Source of the DNA: a virus
IMG/VR virus record: IMGVR_UViG_3300046660_000367
Location: 34,276-98,275 of that record
Reading direction: 5' to 3' (one strand)
Length of the DNA: 64,000 bases
Shown: in pieces, positions 56,202 to 64,000 of the stretch
Position numbering within the stretch: position 1 is the first letter of the stretch
How the letters are laid out: the number at the start of each line of letters is the position of its first letter
Notes under the pieces: generated by a model
Told to the model about the DNA's origin: nothing
What the model saw: only the letters and a program-made list of their open reading frames with translations
The model's database searches: none
Program-made: the position numbers and the translations under genes

Positions 56202-56972
56202 ATGACCCTGCGACTCTCGGCCGGCTTGCGTAATTACGTCAACGCGGATGGTTCCATCAAAGGTGCGCTGCACAATGGCGTGATCAATATCTACTCGGGC
56301 GCACAGCCGGCCACCGCCGACGCCGCGCCCACTGGCACGCTGCTGGCGAGCATCACCGCCGCCTCGGCCAGCCGCACCGCCGAAGTGCTGGCCACTGGCA
56401 CCATGACCCTGTCCGGCTCGGCCGGCTCGGTCAACAGCGTCCTGGTCAACAGCGTCAACATCATCGACGCCTCGGTGCCGTTCAACACGAACCTGACGCA
56501 GACCATCGCCGACCTGGCCGACATGATCAACAACAGCCGCTCGGCGCCGGACTACACGGCAACCGGCGCGGGCGCCGTCTTGACCATCACCGCCCAGCGC
56601 GGCACCGGCTCGTCGCCCAACGGCTTCGTGGTCACCTGCACCTACACGACCCTGACCGGCACCTACACCAATATGACGGGTGGCGTGACGGCTGCCAACG
56701 GTCTGCGTATGGGCACCTCCACGGCTGGCGTGCTGACTAAAAACAGTACCCAGGTCTGGTCCGGTGTGGCCGGGGCCAGTGGCACCGCCGGCTGGTTCCG
56801 CTTTTCCGGTAGCGTGGCCGACAGCGGCATCATCGATTCGGTCGGCAGCGAAGTGCGCCTGGACGGTGCGATTGCCACCTCCGGCGCGCAGCTGAACATG
56901 TCATCGACCACCATCACTTCCGGCGCCACGCAAACCATCAGCTCCTTCCCCCTGACCCTGCCTACTTCGTAA
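56202..56972 (+). CDS. virion structural protein (paralog of 24199-24618 with internal insertion)
   Basis: IYSGAQPATAD...TLLA...GTAGWFR...DGAIATSGAQLN. Confidence 0.7.
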   Translation: MTLRLSAGLRNYVNADGSIKGALHNGVINIYSGAQPATADAAPTGTLLASITAASASRTAEVLATGTMTLSGSAGSVNSVLVNSVNIIDASVPFNTNLTQTIADLADMINNSRSAPDYTATGAGAVLTITAQRGTGSSPNGFVVTCTYTTLTGTYTNMTGGVTAANGLRMGTSTAGVLTKNSTQVWSGVAGASGTAGWFRFSGSVADSGIIDSVGSEVRLDGAIATSGAQLNMSSTTITSGATQTISSFPLTLPTS

Positions 56973-57002
56973 TCCGACCCTGCACGGCAACGGGAGCTAA
57001 AC

Positions 57003-59390
57003 ATGGCCACGTCCACCAAATGGCGTTTGCACTTCACCGCCAACAACAGCACGCCGACGAACGGTGTCGGCTTCGGCGACCTGCAGATGCGCACCACGGC
57101 GGGCGTGGCGCGGCCATGGGTCAAAGCCAGCGTTGATGGCACCGTCACCCACCTCGGCTCGGCCACGCTGTACGGCAGCAGTGGCCTGACGGCGCTGGAC
57201 ATCGGTAACTTCAGCGCGCACGACGATTCCATCCATGCCATTACGCTGCCGTTTCCGATCAATTTTGGCAGCGTGCCCACCTCCACCGTATGGGTGTCCA
57301 CCAACGGCTACTTGGTGTTCTCCGATCCGGGCGGGGTCGATGTCCACGGCGGCTTCACCGGCGCCAATCCGGCGCGTCCCAGCCTGCAAATCGGTGCCAA
57401 TGATGGCCGCGCCGACAACATCTACTATGGCTCGCTGGACGGCAATGCCACCTTTCGCATCCGTTTTGAAGGCAACAGCAGCTATAACAGCAGCGGCACT
57501 GCCGAGGTGTGGGAAATCACGCTCACGGCCGCCACTCCTGACAGCATCCGGTTAGACAGCCAGAGCGGCCCCGGCTTTGGCGGCAGGGGCATCGGCGACG
57601 GCAACAACAGCACCTACGTCGCCACCTTCACGGACGGCTTGACCGACGCCAGCTACAGCATCAGCACCAGCGGCACGCCTGACGAGGCCAGCGCCACCGC
57701 CTCCAGTGCCAAACCATCGGGACCGCCTTACGACTACAACCCGCCCAGCGGCATCAACGGGCTGTGGTACGACCAATGGCGCTCGGTTGAAGGGGGCAGC
57801 AGCATCGACGAGTGGTTCCAGGTCGAGTTCACCTACCCGTTCACCTGCGCCGAATACGTGCTGACGATTTGGGCCAACACCGGCTTGTCGCCCAATCCGT
57901 ACATACCCACGGCATGGACGCTGGAGTATTGGAACGGCGCCGCCTGGGCGGTGGCCGACACCCGCAGCGGCGTGGATATGACCAGCACCGGCAACGACGA
58001 CTGGACCTACACGCTCACCTATTGCGATGGCGATGTCCACCTGTCGCCGCTAACCTTGAACGCCTTTGCCAACATCACCGGCGATTACGTGGATATCGTC
58101 CTGGAGGAATTGGCCCTCGCGGCCACGCTGGTGCATGCAGCCGCCCCGGTCGCCACCAACCCAATGACCGGCGATTCGTTCTTCCCTGAACTGGAACTGG
58201 ACGCCTCGCTGGAACCGGCCCTGGCGCTGGCCGAGCTGCAACTGGCCGCCAGCGGCTACGCCGGCAACGTGGGCGATGCGCTACTCACCCTGCCGACATG
58301 GACCTTGAAGGGCGCCACCGCTGATGGCTTGATCCTGCCGCAGCTCTCGCTGGACGCCACCGGCGACGCCGCCGCCCTGATCACCGCCGACATCACCTTG
58401 CCGCAGCTGGCCCTGGCCGGTGCGCTGGATGCGGCGCTGCCCTTGCCAGGCTGGACCCTGGACGGCGCGCTGCTGGCCGGCACCGTCAGCGCTGCGCAAT
58501 TGACCTTGCCGGTCTGGACCGCTCTTGGTGATTGCGGCCTGATGGCCGATGTCACGCTGCCCGACCTGGCCGTGGACGGCGCTGGCCTGGCCGGCACCGT
58601 CGCATCCGGTGCCATCAGCATGCCGGTCTGGCTGGCCGATACAAGCGCCTATCAGGACACCACCAGTAGCGGCAATGTGACCTTTGGCCTGCTTAGTGTG
58701 GCCGGCGGCATGCTCTCCGACGCGCTGATCGATGCCAGCGTGACGCTGCCCTTGGCCAGCTTGTCGGCGACCGGGCTGGCCGGCACGGTGTCCGGCGCCA
58801 CTCTGACGCTGCCCTTGTTCACGCTGGACGGCCACGGTTACTTTGATAACATCGGCACGGCCAGCGTCGAATTGCTGGCCTTGCTGGTCAATGGCACGCT
58901 GGACAACGACCAGCCACTGGCCGCCACTGTCCCGACGCTGGCCCTGAACACCGTCCTGCGCGCCGTCACGCTGTATGACGGCGTGTTAGCCAACAGCTAC
59001 GCCAGTTTTAACGGCCTCACGCTGGCCGCCACCGAACACGGTATCGTGGCGCTGAGCGGCGACACCGACCTGGGTGCGGCCATCCGCGCCAGCGTCATGT
59101 CCGGCATCAGCGACCTCGACAGCCCGCAATTGAAGCGCGTACTCAGTGGCTTTGTCGGCTACCGCGCCAGCGGCGCCATGTCCCTTACCCTGATCACCGA
59201 CGAACACCACGAATACGTCTACCAGCTGGACCCGCGCCAGATTGCCGCCGATCTGCACCCCAGCCGTGTCAAGCTCGGACGCGGCGTGACCGGCCGCTAC
59301 TGGCAGTGGGCACTTGACAACCGCGACGGCGCCGACTTCAGCCTGGACAACTTCACCATGGAAGTGGAACCGTTGAAAAGGCGCATCTGA
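57003..59390 (+). CDS. tail fibre-like protein: discoidin-like domain with NIDO-like insert and LTLP repeat stalk
   Basis: WRLHFTAN, DEWFQVEF...PTAWTLEYWNG..W; about 20-aa xTLP repeats; C-terminal RVKLGRG..GRYWQ. Confidence 0.65.
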   Translation: MATSTKWRLHFTANNSTPTNGVGFGDLQMRTTAGVARPWVKASVDGTVTHLGSATLYGSSGLTALDIGNFSAHDDSIHAITLPFPINFGSVPTSTVWVSTNGYLVFSDPGGVDVHGGFTGANPARPSLQIGANDGRADNIYYGSLDGNATFRIRFEGNSSYNSSGTAEVWEITLTAATPDSIRLDSQSGPGFGGRGIGDGNNSTYVATFTDGLTDASYSISTSGTPDEASATASSAKPSGPPYDYNPPSGINGLWYDQWRSVEGGSSIDEWFQVEFTYPFTCAEYVLTIWANTGLSPNPYIPTAWTLEYWNGAAWAVADTRSGVDMTSTGNDDWTYTLTYCDGDVHLSPLTLNAFANITGDYVDIVLEELALAATLVHAAAPVATNPMTGDSFFPELELDASLEPALALAELQLAASGYAGNVGDALLTLPTWTLKGATADGLILPQLSLDATGDAAALITADITLPQLALAGALDAALPLPGWTLDGALLAGTVSAAQLTLPVWTALGDCGLMADVTLPDLAVDGAGLAGTVASGAISMPVWLADTSAYQDTTSSGNVTFGLLSVAGGMLSDALIDASVTLPLASLSATGLAGTVSGATLTLPLFTLDGHGYFDNIGTASVELLALLVNGTLDNDQPLAATVPTLALNTVLRAVTLYDGVLANSYASFNGLTLAATEHGIVALSGDTDLGAAIRASVMSGISDLDSPQLKRVLSGFVGYRASGAMSLTLITDEHHEYVYQLDPRQIAADLHPSRVKLGRGVTGRYWQWALDNRDGADFSLDNFTMEVEPLKRRI

Positions 59391-61417
59391 TGAATGACGA
59401 CTATCAGGATGAACCGGCCGTCACCGGCTGGCTGACCACCCAGCTGTCCGGCGACAAGCAGGCCGCCGCGCAGCATGTCGGCCATGCCCGCAAGCTGCTT
59501 GGCCAATTGCGCAGCCGAAACGGCGTCAACGCGCGCCAGGCGGCCGGCGAAGTACCGGGCTTCTTCCGCCACAACAGTGTCATGCCCGATGGCAGCCGCA
59601 TCAGCGTTGTCAGCAACAACGGGCAGGACATCATCGCGGTGCATAGCCCGCTCAGTGAGACGCCCGGCAGATTCATCCCGCCCGAGCTGCACTCCACGCC
59701 AGAACAGTCCGAGGCCACGCTGCCGGAACCGGACGTGCCGATGCCTACCTTCAGCCGCAGCAGCGAGGAAAAAAGCGAACCCTCCGAGGAAGAAGAAAAG
59801 AAAGTTGAGGAAGAACGCATTGAACCACGACCGTATATGTGGGTCGGCATCCGCATCAAGCTGGAGGAAGGGGCGCTGAACCAGATCGGAAATCCGACCA
59901 TCCCCCGGCAATCGATCCTGGCGTGCATGGTCGAGCCGGCCGTGGTGGGGCGCCAGCGCGGCATCATTGTCGCTGACGACTGGTACGCGCGCGTGATGGC
60001 CGATCTGAGCGACGATCAACCGACGCTCAGCCCCGAGCTGGGCGCCGCCTTGGGCCAGTTCCACCAGCAATGGGACCACCTGGCGGAAGGCCGCGTGCCC
60101 AGCGAAGTGCATAATCTGCAATTTGTCGATAGCGGGTCTGACGATTTTGACTCTTTCCAATTTTCGCTCAACGGCTTGCGCTGTTATGAAGCCAGCGCAT
60201 CGCAGGGGCAATTCGCGCCCTACGATCCGTACCTGCCGGACGACCAGCAGGACCGCGACCGCGATTTCAACGACGCCGTGTATGGCGATGTCTACACCCC
60301 CGAAGGTCTCGGCCGCCCGCCGTGGGACATCGTGTATGTGCTGGACCCGGAAGAAGAAGACCAAACCGATCCGTGCGACCCGCGTGAGTTGAACAGCACG
60401 GCCAGGCGCGTGCTGGAGGAGGGCGGCATGGCCAGCTTTGATGACGTGGTGCTGAACGGCGAGTACGTGTTGCACCTGGCCGCACGCGCCAGCCCGCGCA
60501 GACAAACCGACCGGCCCGGCGACAAGCCGCTGCCCGGTTTGAGTCCCGCCTATTTCTGGCGCACTGACGCCGACTATCAGGAACATTTGTTCTACCCACT
60601 GGAACCGATGCGCATGGAAGTGGAAGTGCGGCTCGACAAGGAACCGTACACGGCCATTTTCAGCTTCGACATCACCATCGAACATTACGGCGAGTGGAAC
60701 ATGAACACGCGGCCGTTCGGCGAAAAGCTGTGCACCAATTGCTGTCCCGGTTCCACCGGCGGCAACCCGCGTGAACGGAACTGGAACGGCTTCGACATCA
60801 TCATCGATGTCGAAGGCGGCGGTTGCCGCAGCGGCCTGCTCGATGATGTCGGCATGTTCAATGGCGGCGGGGCGTCCACGGAATGGGATGAATACTCGCA
60901 GAACGTGGATATCTATATGTATACGGGGGCGGGTATCAGCTACACCAACCCGATCTACCCCGGCAGCCCTATCTACGGCAGCGCGGTCGAGTACGCGGCG
61001 GCATTCATTCACAGCATTCTCGAACAGCAGACCGCCGGCATTTATGGCAGCGGCATGGTTATTTATGAGCGCAGCATCGGCGATATCGCCGGGGCGCTCT
61101 CGCAAGCCGACTCTGGTTTCGGCACCCCTGGCGCATGGGTTCACGGTATCTATCGGTATGACGTAGTTGGCAACACGTTTGCGCTGTTGCCGCGCCTGCC
61201 CGACCCGCCACTGTCGGAGCGGGACCAAAACAACCACAACCCGCTGAGTACCGACAGGGATTTGTTCCCATTTCTGTACTGGGCCTATCCCTACGGCTAC
61301 ATCAGCAAGGCCGCGTGTCGCTATGCAATCGCCCTGATCCTGGAAGGCCCCACCATGGCCAATTTATCCAATGGCACCTATGGCGACCCGGAAATGAGTC
61401 CCACTGCTTGCTGCTAA
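59390..61417 (+). CDS. hypothetical acidic virion-associated protein
   Basis: 675-aa coupled ORF in the tail region. Confidence 0.6.
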   Translation: MNDDYQDEPAVTGWLTTQLSGDKQAAAQHVGHARKLLGQLRSRNGVNARQAAGEVPGFFRHNSVMPDGSRISVVSNNGQDIIAVHSPLSETPGRFIPPELHSTPEQSEATLPEPDVPMPTFSRSSEEKSEPSEEEEKKVEEERIEPRPYMWVGIRIKLEEGALNQIGNPTIPRQSILACMVEPAVVGRQRGIIVADDWYARVMADLSDDQPTLSPELGAALGQFHQQWDHLAEGRVPSEVHNLQFVDSGSDDFDSFQFSLNGLRCYEASASQGQFAPYDPYLPDDQQDRDRDFNDAVYGDVYTPEGLGRPPWDIVYVLDPEEEDQTDPCDPRELNSTARRVLEEGGMASFDDVVLNGEYVLHLAARASPRRQTDRPGDKPLPGLSPAYFWRTDADYQEHLFYPLEPMRMEVEVRLDKEPYTAIFSFDITIEHYGEWNMNTRPFGEKLCTNCCPGSTGGNPRERNWNGFDIIIDVEGGGCRSGLLDDVGMFNGGGASTEWDEYSQNVDIYMYTGAGISYTNPIYPGSPIYGSAVEYAAAFIHSILEQQTAGIYGSGMVIYERSIGDIAGALSQADSGFGTPGAWVHGIYRYDVVGNTFALLPRLPDPPLSERDQNNHNPLSTDRDLFPFLYWAYPYGYISKAACRYAIALILEGPTMANLSNGTYGDPEMSPTACC

Positions 61418-61435
61418 CCGCCTGGAGCGTCAGCC

Positions 61436-63757
61436 ATGACTTGCTATGTTCTTTCTAATTCCGCCGGCGCGCCAGTCGTCACGGTGCAAGCCGCCGCGCC
61501 CGCCGAACCGAATATGCAGCTGGCGCCCATCACGCCGCTGGCCGAGTTTGCTGGTGCCCCAGCGGCACCGGCCGCGCCGGCGGCGGGCGCTGCCGGCGGC
61601 GCGGGTGGCGTGTCCGCCCCAGCAACGGCCACAGCCGTCTTCGTGACCTCGCCGGCATCCGGCATCGTGGGCGGCGTATTGGCCCGCTCCGGCATTCTCG
61701 CCAGTGACGCGCAAGCGCAGGCGCTGGCCACCATCGCCACCCTGGCCGCTTACGGCAGCAACATCGGGCAGGTCGCTGCGCCGAGCATCCCGCTCGGCAG
61801 CGTCACGGTGGCACCAGCCGGCGCACCACCCACCAGCTCCACCCTGACCCCAAACTTTCCCGGCGCCCCGCAAGCGCCGCTGCTATCCGACACGCCGCTG
61901 CTGAGCCTGCCCGAGCCACCGGCCTACAACGTCCCTGATCTGACCATCATCGACATCGCCCTGCCGGACCCGTTCACCGCGCTGCTGCCGAGCGCCCCCG
62001 AGCTGGCTGCCGTGCCACTGGCCCTGGAACCGGATTTCACCCTGCCGGTCGCGCCCACGCTGTTCAGTTTGGCCTTGCCCGAAGTGCCAACCATCACGCT
62101 GCCGCTGTTTACCGCCAGCCCAGGCGAGGCGCCCGATGCGCCCGATGCGCGCTTCGCCTATGCCGAAGTGCAGTACCAGAGCGCGCTGCTATCGAGCATG
62201 ACCGAGCGCCTGGCCAGCATGAGCGGCGACATGCACGACACAGGTTTGAGCGATGACGTGGAGCAGGCCATTTGGGAGCGCGCCGCCGAACGCGAAGCGC
62301 TGCTGACCCACCGCGCCGCAGGCGAGGCGCTGCGCCTGATGAAGATGCGCGGCTTCGCCATGCCGGAAGCGGCCATGGTGCGCACCGTGCAGCAGGCGCT
62401 GCAGGGCGGCCTGCGCCGCGCCGCCAGCCTGCGGCGCGACATACTCATTAAACAGGCCCAGCTGCGCCAGCAAAATTTCAAGTTCGCCACCGACACCATG
62501 GTCGCCCTGCAGGCGCGCTTGCTGGACCAGGCCAACGCCGCCCAGGCGCGCGCACTGGAATCGGCCAAGGCCATGGTGAATACCGAAATCCAGCTGTTCA
62601 ACGCCAAGGTGGCGCTGTACAACGCCAGCGTCAGTGCGTTTTCCACCAGCGCGCAAGTGTTCCGCTCGCGCCTGGAGGGGGCGCTGGCCAGCATTGAAAT
62701 CTATAAGGCGCAATTGTCCGGTCAGGAAGCCATCGGAGAAATAAATGTTCAAAAGGCAATTATCTACAAGGAACAAATTGCCGGTGTGAGCCTGATCGCC
62801 GGGGTGTACAAAACCCGCGTGGACGCCGCGCGGCAGGTGGCCGAGTCAAACAAAGTGATCGTGGAGGGCTACCGCGCCCGCGTCAGCGCGCTGGAAAGCG
62901 CAGTGCTGGCAAAATCCACGGAATACGATATGTACAGCGCCCGTATCAAAGGGCAGGCCGCCAAGGTGGCCATCTTCGCCGGACAAAACCGCGCGTTTTC
63001 TTCGCGCGTGCAGGCCTTCGAGGGCTTGACGCGCGCAAAAATCGGCGCGCAAGACCTGCGCTTTAAACAGGCCAACGAGTTCCCGCTGGAACTGTACAAG
63101 AGTCAAATGGACGCCTACCGGATCGGCGCCGAGGCGGCGGTGGACAAGCTGCGCTCGACCGCCACCCTGTTCGACGGCCAGGTGCGCGCCTTCGCCACCC
63201 AGGAGGGCGCCAAGGTGGCCAACGTCGAGGCGCAGGTGCGCGTGGCCAGCGCCAACGCGCAGGCCTCCGTGGCCCAGGCTGAATTGATGATCGAGGCGGC
63301 GCGCAGCAATCTGCAGCTGAGCGACAAGGCCGCGCAAAGCGTGCAGGCGAACATGCGCACCGCCGGCCAGCTCGGCGGCCAGCTCGCCGCCGCCGCCATC
63401 GCCGCCCAGCACGTGCATGCGTCCATCACCGAGTCGGGCCAGATGTCGGTGTCGCAGAACGACAGCATCACCGCCAGCACCTCCGTCACCAACTCGGCGC
63501 TGACCGCCACCTCCAGCAACTCCAGCACCAACACCTCGTCCAACGTCACCACTGGCACCAGCATGACGAATGCGATGAACAAGAGCGAAACCCGCTCCGT
63601 CCACTCGGGCACGAACCGCAGTATCTCCCGGCGCACGTCGGTGTCGAACTCCACCCGCGTCTCGGCGCACAACGCGACCACGCTGTCCTCCGAAAGCAAT
63701 TCGTCCATCAACAACGTGATCGCCTGCGAAGACATCACCACCCACAGCGACAAATAA
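61436..63757 (+). CDS. Pro-rich plus long coiled-coil virion (internal/tail) protein
   Basis: TGL...VEQAIWERA.ERE...RGF.MP; heptad region; Ser/Thr tail. Confidence 0.65.
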   Translation: MTCYVLSNSAGAPVVTVQAAAPAEPNMQLAPITPLAEFAGAPAAPAAPAAGAAGGAGGVSAPATATAVFVTSPASGIVGGVLARSGILASDAQAQALATIATLAAYGSNIGQVAAPSIPLGSVTVAPAGAPPTSSTLTPNFPGAPQAPLLSDTPLLSLPEPPAYNVPDLTIIDIALPDPFTALLPSAPELAAVPLALEPDFTLPVAPTLFSLALPEVPTITLPLFTASPGEAPDAPDARFAYAEVQYQSALLSSMTERLASMSGDMHDTGLSDDVEQAIWERAAEREALLTHRAAGEALRLMKMRGFAMPEAAMVRTVQQALQGGLRRAASLRRDILIKQAQLRQQNFKFATDTMVALQARLLDQANAAQARALESAKAMVNTEIQLFNAKVALYNASVSAFSTSAQVFRSRLEGALASIEIYKAQLSGQEAIGEINVQKAIIYKEQIAGVSLIAGVYKTRVDAARQVAESNKVIVEGYRARVSALESAVLAKSTEYDMYSARIKGQAAKVAIFAGQNRAFSSRVQAFEGLTRAKIGAQDLRFKQANEFPLELYKSQMDAYRIGAEAAVDKLRSTATLFDGQVRAFATQEGAKVANVEAQVRVASANAQASVAQAELMIEAARSNLQLSDKAAQSVQANMRTAGQLGGQLAAAAIAAQHVHASITESGQMSVSQNDSITASTSVTNSALTATSSNSSTNTSSNVTTGTSMTNAMNKSETRSVHSGTNRSISRRTSVSNSTRVSAHNATTLSSESNSSINNVIACEDITTHSDK

Positions 63758-63760
63758 GCC

Positions 63761-64000
63761 ATGACCATGAACCCATCCCCCCCAGCTGGCGTTGGCCAGG
63801 CCGCAAGCATGGTGGCGGGCGTGCTGATGCAATCGGCCGCGCTGGCCACCGCCTCCGCCAGCGGCGCGATGGCGGCCATCGCCTCGCTGGGCAACGCTTC
63901 CTTCCCCGCCGCCGCCGTGCAGCTGCCGCCGTTCCCGTCCATCGAGATCAGCCTGCCGCCGCTCGGCAGCGCGCCGGCCGATCCCGGCGACCTGACGGCC
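63761..64000 (+). CDS. partial CDS, probable paralog of the preceding gene
   Basis: AASMVAGVLMQSAALA...AMAAIASL resembles ASGIVGGVLARSGILA...ALATIATL. Confidence 0.5.
   Translation, partial: MTMNPSPPAGVGQAASMVAGVLMQSAALATASASGAMAAIASLGNASFPAAAVQLPPFPSIEISLPPLGSAPADPGDLTA

Noticed and set aside
1-64000. Lysis cassette and integrase
   Set aside because: No holin, endolysin or recombinase motifs recognised; they may lie outside the window

Overview
GC-rich temperate phage that looks like a phage-plasmid: it has a RepL-type initiator, a type Ib ParA with partner and an AT-rich centromere candidate, and no integrase in the window. The host is most likely Oxalobacteraceae/Burkholderiales. Layout: replicon (1-2 kb); leftward early accessory, partition and recombination genes (2-15 kb); lambdoid cI/cro switch with 3+3 operators (15-16 kb); rightward replication genes and Q (16-23.3 kb); a first virion-surface module (24.2-29.9 kb); a leftward array of small ORFs separated by repeated hairpins (29.9-38.5 kb); then terminase, portal, scaffold, capsid and tail genes (38.6-64 kb). 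The main finding is that the major capsid gene is split into three exons by two ORF-less group I self-splicing introns of different architecture (48994-49263 and 49393-49621), which the ORF track misses. Other candidates are a cluster of truncated host-regulator decoys (CapW/BrxR wHTH only, H-NS fragments, HigA N-terminus), a portal with an ADGG-punctuated C-terminal extension, a methyltransferase-GT9 fusion plus an Ntn-protease in the head module, and a Cro-DUF4406 fusion opposite an apparently non-cleavable CI. All family calls come from motif recognition by eye; no searches were run.
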